The translations under genes and the position numbers were made by a program. The notes beneath the pieces were generated by a model. It ran no database searches. It was not told the origin of the DNA and was given only the letters and a program-made list of their open reading frames with translations. Below, one piece after another: positions 20,251 through 30,441 of a stretch of 64,000 nt of DNA. Within the stretch, counting starts at the first letter, position 1. Every line of letters begins with the position of its first letter. This DNA comes from an uncultured Bacteroidales bacterium (GTDB lineage Bacteria > Bacteroidota > Bacteroidia > Bacteroidales > VadinHA17), in contig CAWFKI010000005.1 in NCBI GenBank assembly GCA_963816345.1, positions 2,399,572 through 2,463,571 of the forward strand. Reading direction: 5' to 3'.

Positions 20251-20375
20251 TGATAGAAAGTTAGTTTATTTTTAAAGGTAAATTTACAAATGGTTTTTTT
20301 ATTTTTCGCTTTTGCAGATCCCGGAATATTTATTTACCGGCTTAAAATAAAATCTTTAATTTAAATATTTTACCT

Positions 20376-21725
20376 ATGAAAGTACTATTATCCCTGGTTT
20401 TAATTTTTTCATTAGAGGCATGTAACATAACATATGGTCAGCAAATTGCCAACAAGCCTGAACGGGAACAGTGGTTCATGGATCTGGGCTTTGGGATGTT
20501 CATCCACTGGAGCATGGATTCCCAGCTTGGGGTTGTGATAAGCCATTCAATGGCCGGGGCATCTGAAGATTACCTGAACCGTTATATAAATGATCTCCCG
20601 GGATCATTTAATCCCGCGAAGTTCGATCCTGAAGAATGGGCTGTTCTGGCAAAGCTCTCGGGAATGAAATATGTTGTCTTCACAGCAAAGCATCACTCGG
20701 GTTTCTGCATGTGGGATACCAGGACAACAGGCTTCAGCATAACCGGTACCCCTTTCCATCGCGATATCCTGAAGGAGGTGATCGATGCTTTCCGTAAGCA
20801 GGGACTCGCTATCGGAATTTATTATTCTCCTGAGGATTTTCATTTCTTTTTTCAAAACCATATTCCTGTAGGCAGGCTGCAGAATCCTCAGCATTTTCCG
20901 GTTAATAATCCCGCTCTGATGGCTTATGATAAGGCTCAGATAAAAGAATTGCTCAGTAACTACGGAAAAATAGATATTTTTTTCTTTGACGGCCCGGCAG
21001 AGGAGCTGAAGGAACTGGCATGGCATCTCCAGCCGGATGTTGTGGTAACACGCGGACAAATGGAGACTCCGGAACAGAATATACCTGACAAACCAATGCC
21101 CGGTCCATGGGAAGCCTGTTTTACAATGGGAACCGACTGGCAGTATAAGCCTACGAATGATCCACACAAGAGTGGTACTGAAATAATAAATATGCTTATC
21201 GAAACAAGAGCAAAAGGAGGAAATCTATTGCTAAATGTAGGGCCAAAGCCCAATGGTGAGATTCAGATAGAGCAGGAAGCCCTCCTGCGTGAGATCGCAT
21301 TATGGAATTTTGTCAACGGGGAGAGCATTCACATGATCAGGCCCTGGGAAGTGGTAAGAGAGGGGGAGATTTGGTTTACACGAGCAAAGGATAAGAATAC
21401 TGTCTATGCATTTGTTCCTGCAGGGCCGGCCTGGAAATTCGGAGAACGTAAAGATTTTGTGTTTAAAACCTTAACGGGAAATGACAAGACTAAAATAAGT
21501 GTTCTGGGTTACGGCAGCGAACTGGTTGAATATAAGCCAGGAGTCGATGCGGGTGTGTACTTTAGCTCTACACCCTTAGGCCTGGTGGTCAGCGCTGTAA
21601 ACGGCCAGCGATTATATACTAATTATCAGTGGCCCAATCCGGTTGTATTAAAGATCGGGAATGTAAAGTTTAATCCTCCCAAACAGATCCGGGAAGTAAA
21701 AACCAACATTGACGGAGCGAAGTAA
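20376..21725 (+). CDS. GH29 alpha-L-fucosidase
   Basis: Signal peptide. 'GFGMFIHWSMDS', 'KYVVFTAKHHSGFCMWDT' and 'GGNLLLNVGP' are classic GH29 motifs. Confidence 0.9.
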   Translation: MKVLLSLVLIFSLEACNITYGQQIANKPEREQWFMDLGFGMFIHWSMDSQLGVVISHSMAGASEDYLNRYINDLPGSFNPAKFDPEEWAVLAKLSGMKYVVFTAKHHSGFCMWDTRTTGFSITGTPFHRDILKEVIDAFRKQGLAIGIYYSPEDFHFFFQNHIPVGRLQNPQHFPVNNPALMAYDKAQIKELLSNYGKIDIFFFDGPAEELKELAWHLQPDVVVTRGQMETPEQNIPDKPMPGPWEACFTMGTDWQYKPTNDPHKSGTEIINMLIETRAKGGNLLLNVGPKPNGEIQIEQEALLREIALWNFVNGESIHMIRPWEVVREGEIWFTRAKDKNTVYAFVPAGPAWKFGERKDFVFKTLTGNDKTKISVLGYGSELVEYKPGVDAGVYFSSTPLGLVVSAVNGQRLYTNYQWPNPVVLKIGNVKFNPPKQIREVKTNIDGAK

Positions 21726-21749
21726 ATAAGAAAGTCTCCCTGACTGATC

Positions 21750-21810
21750 CTTTGAGTAGCCTTCGTGTAAATCTTTGAGTACCTTCGTGCCTGCCTGCCG
21801 GCAGGCAGGT
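21750..21810. repeat. REP-like intergenic element: two direct repeats followed by a perfect 20-nt palindrome
   Basis: 'ctttgagtagccttcgtg' (21750-21767) and 'ctttgagtaccttcgtg' (21773-21789) precede 'cctgcctgccggcaggcagg' (21790-21809), which equals its own reverse complement. It lies between convergent genes and could act as a hairpin terminator for GH29, since it is followed by TTTAATAT. Confidence 0.85.
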
Positions 21811-21821
21811 TTAATATGAAC

Positions 21822-23033
21822 CTAGCGTTTCCGGGCCGGAGTCCAGACTGAACGGCCACCTGTTTCAGCGAGGAATTTCATAGCCTGCTGATGACAGATA
21901 AGCTGCGATTCGAGCAGATTTTCAGTTGTGAGCATAACAGGTTGTCCCTTCTCATTTTTACCTGAAAACGCATGACTCGGCGATTCTATAACCAGGCTCA
22001 GTGCACCACAGTTAAAATCAAGGGCGCCGTCGAGGTTGAAAACGCCATTTGTCGCAAGCTCCGGGTTTCCGGCAACCTTAGGATTTTTGGAATATTGCAG
22101 CCCTTTGACTGCAAGTTCTGAATGGACACACGTGAATAGCTTATCAAAAATGGGCCTCAGCACAGGTTCCCCGACAGGTCGATCCATCCTCATATACACG
22201 GCGCCTGTATGCATGTTCAGGATCAGATCAGGCTTTTCTCTTTCGGCAAGATCAAACAAGGCCTGTGTTTCAGGCTGACGTTTCCCAAAGAAATCATCAT
22301 GCTGAATATTCACTCCTGCATCATTCGGATAACCACCGGGAAATCCGGGACGGCTCATATCCATCGGGATAAACTCTTTGATCTGTGGCCACCCTGTAAT
22401 TGTACCGTCAGGTTTTCCTCCTGTATTTAGATATTCTGCAATGGTGAAATCAGTATCCCTGTATGCTTCCATCTTCAAAGGAATTCTGACCCTTCCGTCA
22501 GGATTGACTATCGGGATAAGAATTATCCTGTCAATTTTTGATACGATAGCTGTTATAGCCGGCCATTCTATACCCCGGAGATCCTTCCCTGTCTCGATAA
22601 CCGATATAAGGTTCACCATTCCCACGATCCCTTCAAATTCGCCACCATGGACAGCTGCCATACCCATATAAACAGTTTTACCGTTATCGGGACCACGGTA
22701 AGCTTTTATGTCTCCGAAACCAAGAGATCCGGAGAAGGTGGTAGTTCCCTTACCCTGCCGCGGCTGACCATAGAATACTGCCCGGATAGCTCTTCCTCCG
22801 GCAGAGGTGCCAATGACCTCAACCTTCCCCTTGTGAACTTTATTCCTGAGAAAATCAGTCACCTCATCATATGTTGATAGCCAGAAGCCCGGAATTGTAG
22901 CCGGCTGCTTCAGATAATCAGGAGGGATCTGATAGGTATGAACCACTGGCTTTAACGATTTCTGCGTCTGACAGTCCAGTTCATTAAACCGGACAAAAAA
23001 AGTAGTTAAGAAAATGATAAAGATTATTTTCAT
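21822..23033 (-). CDS. M14-like zinc carboxypeptidase / succinylglutamate desuccinylase-superfamily protein (secreted)
   Basis: 'AAVHGGEFEG' is a candidate H-x-x-E zinc motif and 'LILNMHTG' a later His motif. The ATG at 23033 gives the signal peptide 'MKIIFIIFLTTFFV'. The longer ORF to 23150 is probably not used. Confidence 0.5.
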   Translation of the reverse strand: MKIIFIIFLTTFFVRFNELDCQTQKSLKPVVHTYQIPPDYLKQPATIPGFWLSTYDEVTDFLRNKVHKGKVEVIGTSAGGRAIRAVFYGQPRQGKGTTTFSGSLGFGDIKAYRGPDNGKTVYMGMAAVHGGEFEGIVGMVNLISVIETGKDLRGIEWPAITAIVSKIDRIILIPIVNPDGRVRIPLKMEAYRDTDFTIAEYLNTGGKPDGTITGWPQIKEFIPMDMSRPGFPGGYPNDAGVNIQHDDFFGKRQPETQALFDLAEREKPDLILNMHTGAVYMRMDRPVGEPVLRPIFDKLFTCVHSELAVKGLQYSKNPKVAGNPELATNGVFNLDGALDFNCGALSLVIESPSHAFSGKNEKGQPVMLTTENLLESQLICHQQAMKFLAETGGRSVWTPARKR

Positions 23034-23163
23034 GCCAATATTCCTGATTGATGGATCGGGGCAATTATTATTACTGCCTTTCAACAATGTTCTGAACAGG
23101 GAAAGGCCATTTTTTCTTTGAAAAGAAACCGAAGCGATTGTTTTTTTCATAATAATTTCAATT

Positions 23164-25791
23164 CTAATTTTTATTTTTCTTCTTAAATACTATCAAAAAT
23201 CCCTCCTTTGCAGGAACAGATATCTTATTCAATTCAACAGATTTTTGTTCTGACTGAAAACCTTTTATACCGGGAATATAAATATCAGTAGCTGCTCTGT
23301 CATATCCCAGTTTTGACCAGTCAACAAGTAGGGAGCACACCTGGTCCCTGTCGCTCCAGCTGGCAACTGATACAATTGTCTCATCAGAACCTTTATAAAC
23401 AGATGCTATAATTAAAGGATTACTTGTTTTGACCGGGCACTCCTGATCCCAGTAACCTGTCATAATTTTGTCCCCGATTCTGTAATCATCCCAGAATTTC
23501 CATAATCCGGCGGGTGAATTACCTGCCCAGCCCGGACGATTTGTAATGCCATAAACCATTCCTCTCCACAGGTTTCCGCCACCTTCCAGCATTTGCCCGG
23601 GCAGGCCAAAAGGTATGCCTGATACTTCTATCAGCCAGTGATCAGGTGCCCGGTCATAATCCCTCCCCTCTCCGATCCATACAAGATCCAGATAGGGCAA
23701 TAAATCCATATAAATATTCAAACAGCTTGCAAATCCGGCCCATTTATTAAAATGATTCCAGCTGTGAAGATCCATTCTTCCTTCAGGGCGGTAATGATCG
23801 ATTATCTTTCTTGCCCTTCTGAGAGTATAACGATCAAGTGCCGAATCGTCAATATAAACACCGTCAATTCCAATATTCCGAACCATCCAGTCCAATCCGG
23901 CCACATAAAAATTATTAAGCCGGCTATCAGGTGTGGAGACAACAGAAAGGTCAGTTTCGCCCTTGAATTTTCCCTCTTTAATTATATTGTACCAGGCTGG
24001 AATATAATTTTCTCTTAAATTTTTTATATACCATTCTTTTGGTCCGTCGGGATTAATCACTGTTTTGCATGTGTTTCCCGGACCCGGATATATCACCTCT
24101 CCATTAAGGCTGTTAAAAGCCTGGAATTCGGGCAGGTTCTTGGTAAACTCACGGGTAGTATAGTAAAGCTTCAACCGGATATTTTCCTTATGTGCATTGC
24201 TGACGAGTTGCTTTAGTTCCGGAACATTGGCATCAAGGTAGGGATAATTAATAAAGGGATAAATATCTTCTGCATGATGGATATTCAGAATATTGGCACC
24301 CTCTTTTTTTGCCATTTCTACTTTGACTGAAGTATTGGTACCTCCACCGTGAAAGTACCTGTCACCAAATTTGATTTTTTTGTCGATAACCTTAAAAGGT
24401 GTAATAAGCAATTCAAAATTATAGTTGAGTATCTCTCCCGGTGTCATATCACGGCTTCCCGAAAAGGCATTAATGACAACCTCTCCGTTTTTTTCTGTTA
24501 CATTAACCCCTCCTTTACCCTCATTTCCCCAGGAGGGAGGCATTTTCAGCGGTCCGAATTCATAATAGACATTTATAAGAGGACGAATGTAATTCTCAGC
24601 CATCCATTTTACCCTGAGGCCACCATTAACAGATCCAACCCAGAGCATATCCTGGTCTTTTGATACATCCCATCTCCATCTCCATTCCGGAGGGCGTATT
24701 CCACCTTCATGACCCAATCCCATCATATATCCGGCTTTCCTGCTCTCCACGGGTATTTCAAGCCTTATATCTTTCACCTTTCCGCCGGTTTTTGCGATAA
24801 GCTTCAGACTGTAATTTATAAATCCATCATATTCCATCTGACCGGCAAGCTCAAGATCAAATCCGGCTGATGAATTAAGCACCTGCCAGGTAATCCCGGA
24901 CGGGGTCGTTTTTGTGAAAATAAGATTCCCCGGAACTAATCTGACTACTTCACCATTCTCTTTCTCAATAATGAACCGGAACGGATGACTGATTACCGGT
25001 TCCGCTTTATCCACAAGTGATTGATTGGATGGTCCGAAATAACTAAGAATGGAAGCAGGCAGACCATTACCGGCTATCTCAACAGTACGGCCGAGAATAG
25101 TTATCCTGTTCCCGTCATGTTTAACAGGGATAAAACCCCCTGTTATGTTATCATCGGACCCTAAAGTAGAATTTAACCAGTTAAGCCTTGATAAGTGTGA
25201 ACCTTCGTCATACCCATGATTAGGAACAGGATCCCCGTTAACATGCAACAACAGGGGGATTAGCTGGTCATCACCATTGGCGCCAACAGTTACTGAGCCT
25301 CTGTAGGTACCTGTCGCAACGCTGTCAAGATCAATACCTATCCAGAGAGCCTGTACACGGCCTCTGGTAATATTCAGGATTTTCCTTAAAGGATTTCCTC
25401 TGAAATCTATGCCTCCAAGGTTGTAGCATGTCAGCCGTGAGGAAGCCACTTTGATTCCATTTTTCGATGCCAGTTCTGAAAATTCAACTTTCAGGTCTCT
25501 GATATCACTTTTAATTGCCCATACACCTAACTGAAAGACAAAGAGCTCACCCGGTCTTCCACTGATCGTAAATCGATTAGGATGAATTGCTTCCTTTACC
25601 CTTGATTCAGGAATCGAATCAAACCACTTTAAAGGTTTCTCACGTACTTCGGGAAAAACAAAAAACGATTTATCTTTAAGAATGTCCTCATACTTTTTAT
25701 ATGCTGCAGACGTATAAATATTACCTGCAGGCCTCTCCCTGCAAGCCGAAATAAGAAGCACAATTAAGAGTAAAAATCTTATTTTAAACAT
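23164..25791 (-). CDS. Large uncharacterised GH-like lipoprotein (paralogue of 6667-9645)
   Basis: 875 aa with lipobox 'LLISAC'. It shares the motif series listed for the 1002-aa paralogue over the whole length. Confidence 0.6.
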   Translation of the reverse strand: MFKIRFLLLIVLLISACRERPAGNIYTSAAYKKYEDILKDKSFFVFPEVREKPLKWFDSIPESRVKEAIHPNRFTISGRPGELFVFQLGVWAIKSDIRDLKVEFSELASKNGIKVASSRLTCYNLGGIDFRGNPLRKILNITRGRVQALWIGIDLDSVATGTYRGSVTVGANGDDQLIPLLLHVNGDPVPNHGYDEGSHLSRLNWLNSTLGSDDNITGGFIPVKHDGNRITILGRTVEIAGNGLPASILSYFGPSNQSLVDKAEPVISHPFRFIIEKENGEVVRLVPGNLIFTKTTPSGITWQVLNSSAGFDLELAGQMEYDGFINYSLKLIAKTGGKVKDIRLEIPVESRKAGYMMGLGHEGGIRPPEWRWRWDVSKDQDMLWVGSVNGGLRVKWMAENYIRPLINVYYEFGPLKMPPSWGNEGKGGVNVTEKNGEVVINAFSGSRDMTPGEILNYNFELLITPFKVIDKKIKFGDRYFHGGGTNTSVKVEMAKKEGANILNIHHAEDIYPFINYPYLDANVPELKQLVSNAHKENIRLKLYYTTREFTKNLPEFQAFNSLNGEVIYPGPGNTCKTVINPDGPKEWYIKNLRENYIPAWYNIIKEGKFKGETDLSVVSTPDSRLNNFYVAGLDWMVRNIGIDGVYIDDSALDRYTLRRARKIIDHYRPEGRMDLHSWNHFNKWAGFASCLNIYMDLLPYLDLVWIGEGRDYDRAPDHWLIEVSGIPFGLPGQMLEGGGNLWRGMVYGITNRPGWAGNSPAGLWKFWDDYRIGDKIMTGYWDQECPVKTSNPLIIASVYKGSDETIVSVASWSDRDQVCSLLVDWSKLGYDRAATDIYIPGIKGFQSEQKSVELNKISVPAKEGFLIVFKKKNKN

Positions 25792-25827
25792 ATTAGATAT
25801 TCCTATAGTTATTAAAATTTAATATAT

Positions 25828-27162
25828 TCACCCTGAGAGGTTCTCCCCCAGTTCCTCAAGGGTTCTCCCCCTGGTCTCAGGAAAATACCTCCAAACCACA
25901 AATACCTGCAGTAACATCATAGCTGAAAAGAACATAAATGCATGGCCTACTCCAAATTGCGATAACTTTTCAACTACGGGGAACAGGAAAGTAATAAGCG
26001 CTGCAAAAAACCAATGGGTAAAACTTCCGAATGACTGGCCTTTTCCACGGACACTGTTTGGAAAAATTTCGGCAATAAGTACCCAAATCACAGCGCCGGT
26101 GGAGAATGCAAAAAACATGATGTAAATAAGCAGGTATGCCAATAATCCAAATCCTGAAAAATCCTGCGAGTAAAATGTTCTGGCTACAAGCGCCAGACAA
26201 ACAGACATCCCCATTGATCCTGCAATAAGTAATTTCTTCCTGCCAACCCTGTCAATAAGCGTAAGTCCGAGAATAGTAAATATTCCGTTTGTCACCCCGA
26301 TCAGTATCGATTGAAACATTGAATCGGAATTGGTAAGTCCGCTGAGCGCAAAGATGCGCGGAGCATAATACAAAATTGCATTTATGCCTGAGAACTGGTT
26401 GAACATCGCTACCAGGAAAGCGACAGAGATCGGCTTAATATACAAATGCGAAAAGAGGGTCTGCTTTCTGACGTCCGATTGCGATACACTTGACTTTATC
26501 TCCTCTATCTCCTTGTCAACCGATACTATTTCTGTCTTTTCCAGTATTGCCCTGGCCGTATTTATCTTCCCTTTCTTTATAAGGAACCGGGGACTTTCAG
26601 GAATAAGAAACAGCAGGACCAGAAACAGGAATGCCGGTATGCCGGCAACACCAAGCATCCACCTCCATGGTTCGGAACCTGCATCCCGTAAAAGGAAATT
26701 GGAAACATACGCGATCAGTATCCCCGAAATGACATTGAACTGGAACATTGCGGTCATTCTTCCCCTTATTTTTGCAGGTGAAATCTCGGCAATGTACATA
26801 GGTGCCACTACGGAAGAGGCTCCCACCCCAATGCCGCCCAGGAACCTGAATATTATGAACGAAGCCACATTACCCGAAAGAGCACTTCCTGCGGCCGTGA
26901 TAACATATAAGGCAGCAATAACAAATAAAATGGGCTTTCTTCCGTACCTGTCTGCCGGCCTGCCGGAGATGAGTGCCCCGGTTACAGTCCCGATAAGCGC
27001 TGAAGAAATTGTAAATCCATGCAGAAATGAAGATAACTGAAAAAGTTCCTGTATATGTTGTTCAACCCCTGATATCACAGCAGTGTCAAAACCGAAAAGA
27101 AACCCTCCCAATGCGACAATTATTGACCATGTAAAGACATTTTTGTTTATTCCGGTTATCAT
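25828..27162 (-). CDS. MFS sugar porter family transporter
   Basis: 444 aa with 'GGFLFGFDTAVISG', 'PESPRFL' and 'PETRGRTLEEL'. Confidence 0.9.
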   Translation of the reverse strand: MITGINKNVFTWSIIVALGGFLFGFDTAVISGVEQHIQELFQLSSFLHGFTISSALIGTVTGALISGRPADRYGRKPILFVIAALYVITAAGSALSGNVASFIIFRFLGGIGVGASSVVAPMYIAEISPAKIRGRMTAMFQFNVISGILIAYVSNFLLRDAGSEPWRWMLGVAGIPAFLFLVLLFLIPESPRFLIKKGKINTARAILEKTEIVSVDKEIEEIKSSVSQSDVRKQTLFSHLYIKPISVAFLVAMFNQFSGINAILYYAPRIFALSGLTNSDSMFQSILIGVTNGIFTILGLTLIDRVGRKKLLIAGSMGMSVCLALVARTFYSQDFSGFGLLAYLLIYIMFFAFSTGAVIWVLIAEIFPNSVRGKGQSFGSFTHWFFAALITFLFPVVEKLSQFGVGHAFMFFSAMMLLQVFVVWRYFPETRGRTLEELGENLSG

Positions 27163-27240
27163 CGAATAATTCTTAATAATTTGCTTTTAGCTGTTATGCC
27201 TCTCTTTACAGGGGATCCTGTAAGCAATATGAAATGAAAA

Positions 27241-28353
27241 CTATTTTTTGACATAATCAAACGGAAGGTTGTTATAAGATCTGGCAAGCAATGCGATATT
27301 CCTCTCATCTCCTTTCAGACTATCAACAGGGACTGAAAGGTAATACCTTACAGGCCGCATCATAGAACCGGCAACGGGTTTTGTGAAGCCATAAAGTCCT
27401 ACCTTATCCCTGATAGCAGCCGGAATTACCGCGGCGGCATCCTGCCCGTTCCAGTTGGCAAGGCATGTAACCAGCCGGGTATGACTGCCAAGCATGCTCC
27501 TGACAGATTCCGTTGTGGCAGTGTCACCTGCTTCATTAAGCACCCAGTCAACCTCTCTGAGCATATCAGAACCTGCAATGTCTCTGCTGGTCAGCTGGCA
27601 TGATGTAAGCCAGATTATGCATGAAGGTTTCGTCTCCTTTACTGCTTCTCTTATCCTTTTCCAGCACCTGTCTATAGCTTTACGGCGGAACCGGAGTTCA
27701 AGTTCCGGGGTTATCTTATCCATTCCCGGAAACGGCTGACCCATAAGCTCGCCATACATGGCCTGTTCACAATCAATCCATCTCAAAGGAGGATAAGGCT
27801 CCATAGTAGCCCCGGGATTCCATAACCAATCGATAAAGACACCATCCATATCAGTCTTTTCTATTGCATCCCTGATTGAGGCACAAAGGAAGTCAAGATA
27901 TTGAGTAGTGTAAGGTATATGAGGACTTGAGGGTATTCCATAGCTGAGATCAGGATGTTCCTCTCCCCACCTCGTATTGGACCCGGCACAGAAATACCCG
28001 AATACGATCATATTCTTCTTATGTGCAAGTCTGACCTCTTCCGTAAGAAAATCGTTTACCAGCCCGGGCTGTTCAGGTACTATTCCGTTTTTATACCAGG
28101 CATAACCATTGCATGAAACAGCAAACGACTGGATCACATTACATCCCATCTCAGCGTACCAGTTAACATGCTCAGCGGGGTCCGCATCCGCCCATAAACC
28201 TGGCTTTGCAAAACCGTTGGGGCCCCCTTCGCCCCAGTTGAAATCAATGTCATAAGCCTTGATCGGACCAGGTTCGTCCTTTCCATAACTGCCTTTGCAT
28301 CCTGACAAGAGTAAAACAGTAACAGAGGCAAGCAGAAGAATACATTTTTTCAT
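27241..28353 (-). CDS. Lipoprotein of unknown function, possibly a glycoside-hydrolase-like TIM barrel
   Basis: Lipobox 'LLSGC'. The beta/alpha-like alternation and acidic motifs ('DGVFIDWLW') are suggestive only. No family recognised. Confidence 0.3.
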   Translation of the reverse strand: MKKCILLLASVTVLLLSGCKGSYGKDEPGPIKAYDIDFNWGEGGPNGFAKPGLWADADPAEHVNWYAEMGCNVIQSFAVSCNGYAWYKNGIVPEQPGLVNDFLTEEVRLAHKKNMIVFGYFCAGSNTRWGEEHPDLSYGIPSSPHIPYTTQYLDFLCASIRDAIEKTDMDGVFIDWLWNPGATMEPYPPLRWIDCEQAMYGELMGQPFPGMDKITPELELRFRRKAIDRCWKRIREAVKETKPSCIIWLTSCQLTSRDIAGSDMLREVDWVLNEAGDTATTESVRSMLGSHTRLVTCLANWNGQDAAAVIPAAIRDKVGLYGFTKPVAGSMMRPVRYYLSVPVDSLKGDERNIALLARSYNNLPFDYVKK

Positions 28354-28386
28354 ATGCCAGGTTTAATTTATCCTGTCTGATAAAAG

Positions 28387-28394
28387 CAAAATTA
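28387..28394 (-). promoter_or_regulatory. Candidate -7 box (TAATTTTG on the minus strand)
   Basis: The plus-strand 'caaaatta' is the reverse complement of TAnnTTTG. It lies 34 nt upstream of the lipoprotein ATG at 28353. Confidence 0.3.
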
Positions 28395-28553
28395 TTTTTA
28401 CTAAGATATTTATTTATATTTACAGTGCATAGAGGGAGCTCTATGAAAAGGCAGGTGAATATTTCATAAGAAGCTTTTTTCTGCTTTTTTATTTAAATAT
28501 CCAGTGTGTTTATCGCTATTGATTATATCTCTAATGTACAGGAACAGGAAATC

Positions 28554-29228
28554 ATGAAAAGAAGTGAGGTAAATAAAATAATAACAGACGTGGCAGCATT
28601 TTTTGAGAAACACCATTTTATGCTGCCTGAATGGGCGTCATGGCCGCCTGAGAAATGGCGGGGGATGTACAGCCAGTGTTCTGAGATAGTCGATAATAAA
28701 CTTGGCTGGGACATCACCGATTTCGGAAGCGGTGACTTCCTGAGATGTGGTTTGTCACTCTTTACAATACGGAATGGCAACTGGGATAAAAAAGACAAGA
28801 TGTATTGTGAAAAGATCATGGTGTCCGGAGAAGATCAGGAGACGCCGATGCATTTTCACTGGAATAAGACTGAAGACATAATAAACCGCGGAGGAGGTAA
28901 CCTGGTCATGGAACTTTATCAGGCCAAAGCCGACGACAGATTTTCCGAAGAACCGGTGACAATAAGCATTGACGGGGTACAACGGACAATCCCTGCCGGT
29001 AAACCTCTGATATTGGTGCCGGGTCAGAGTATCTGCCTTAAATCAAGGGTCTATCACAGGTTTTATGGTCAGAAAGGGAAAGGCCCGGTTTTAACAGGAG
29101 AAGTAAGTATGGTAAATGATGATGCCAGCGACAACCGTTTTTATGACGAGATCGGCCGGTTCCCTGAAATCGAGGAAGATACCAAACCGGTTCACCTGCT
29201 TGTTAATGATTATGCGAAGTATCTATAA
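28554..29228 (+). CDS. D-lyxose/D-mannose isomerase family (cupin) protein
   Basis: 'YCEKIMVSGEDQETPMHFHWNKTEDIINRGGG' matches the D-lyxose ketol-isomerase family core. The ATG at 28554 is preferred over the upstream GTG at 28506 (shown as M in the ORF track). Confidence 0.75.
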   Translation: MKRSEVNKIITDVAAFFEKHHFMLPEWASWPPEKWRGMYSQCSEIVDNKLGWDITDFGSGDFLRCGLSLFTIRNGNWDKKDKMYCEKIMVSGEDQETPMHFHWNKTEDIINRGGGNLVMELYQAKADDRFSEEPVTISIDGVQRTIPAGKPLILVPGQSICLKSRVYHRFYGQKGKGPVLTGEVSMVNDDASDNRFYDEIGRFPEIEEDTKPVHLLVNDYAKYL

Positions 29229-29256
29229 CCAAAACCTTATATAATAGTTTGCAAAT

Positions 29257-30441
29257 ATGCCGGAAAAGATCATAGTATCAGGGGTTGGTTGCTGCCTGGT
29301 CGACCTCTTATTCAATAATGTTGATTTCGGAAGCGCCGGAATACTCCCCTACCTTTCATCAACACGGGGTGACGGAGGATTGACTCCCGGCCATCTTGTT
29401 TTTAAGGAAGAATTTGAAAGATTCAGTGGAGATTCTTTCGAATCAGTGCTCAACAGGATCACAGGTGGAAGAAAATATGACAAGATTAACATCGGAGGGC
29501 CGTCTGTTGTATCACTTATAAACGCAGCACAGCTGACTGATAATGAGCAGTGTGAAGTACGGTTTTATGGCCGGGGAGGTAACGATGAGATTGGCAGCTA
29601 TCTTTTATCAGCCCTTCAAAAGACTCCTGTGGTTTTAAAGGATTTCAAACTTATCGATAATCAGACTCCTTCCACTGTGGTGCTGTCAGATCCCTCATAT
29701 GAACATGGTCATGGTGAAAGAATGTTCATCAACTCTATCGGGGCAGCATGGGAATATGGCCCCGAAAATATTGACAATGATTTCTTTAATTCGGATATCG
29801 TCGTCTTCGGAGGGACAGCCCTGGTGCCGCAGATACACGACAGCCTGACTCACCTGCTTAAAAAAGCCAGGTCAAAAGGATGTATTACCGTAGTAAATAC
29901 AGTTTTTGATTTCAGAAATGAAAAAGCAAGTCCTTCAGGGAAATGGCCCCTGGGTGATAGTGATGAAAGCTATAATTACATCGATCTGCTTATTACTGAC
30001 CAGGAGGAGGCCTTCCGTCTCAGTAATTCCGGAAATCAACAGGATGCAATCAGGTTTTTCATCGAAAACAGGGTCTCATCATTTATCATAACTAACGGAT
30101 CAAAAGATATAACACTTTACTCCGACGGACGATTTTTCAAAAGCTCAGGAATAACGAAGATGCCTGTTTCAGAAAAGGTTATAAAAGAAAGAAAGAATAC
30201 GGGTGGAGACACCACCGGCTGCGGGGATAATTTTGCAGGAGGGGTGATAGCATCTATAGTGACTCAGATGAAAAATGGAGCATTTCATCCCGATATCACC
30301 GAAGCATGCTGCAGGGGAATTGTATCAGGCGGCTTTGCCTGCTTTTACCTTGGAGGTACCTATTTTGAAGATAACAGTGGTGAAAAACGGTCAAAAATGG
30401 AACCGTATTATGATGCTTACAGAAGACAGATCGAAGGCTGA
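29257..30441 (+). CDS. PfkB-family carbohydrate kinase
   Basis: 394 aa. 'GGDTTGCGDNFAGG' is the PfkB C-terminal ATP/anion-hole signature. Confidence 0.8.
   Translation: MPEKIIVSGVGCCLVDLLFNNVDFGSAGILPYLSSTRGDGGLTPGHLVFKEEFERFSGDSFESVLNRITGGRKYDKINIGGPSVVSLINAAQLTDNEQCEVRFYGRGGNDEIGSYLLSALQKTPVVLKDFKLIDNQTPSTVVLSDPSYEHGHGERMFINSIGAAWEYGPENIDNDFFNSDIVVFGGTALVPQIHDSLTHLLKKARSKGCITVVNTVFDFRNEKASPSGKWPLGDSDESYNYIDLLITDQEEAFRLSNSGNQQDAIRFFIENRVSSFIITNGSKDITLYSDGRFFKSSGITKMPVSEKVIKERKNTGGDTTGCGDNFAGGVIASIVTQMKNGAFHPDITEACCRGIVSGGFACFYLGGTYFEDNSGEKRSKMEPYYDAYRRQIEG

Noticed and set aside
21626-21859. A 77-aa ORF spanning the REP element, and the N-terminal extension of the GH38 ORF (19982-20038) reading 'MWFPVCRQAGILPLK'.
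   Set aside because: Both read through the GC palindrome ('PAGRQA'/'CRQAG'), have no independent support and overlap better-supported features. They are artefacts of the repeat.
30275-30409. The N-terminal 45 codons of the listed 452-aa ORF (start at 30275).
   Set aside because: This part overlaps the 3' end of the PfkB gene out of frame. MtlD homology begins only at 'KIVIFGAGKIGR', so an ATG at 30410/30413 is the plausible start.
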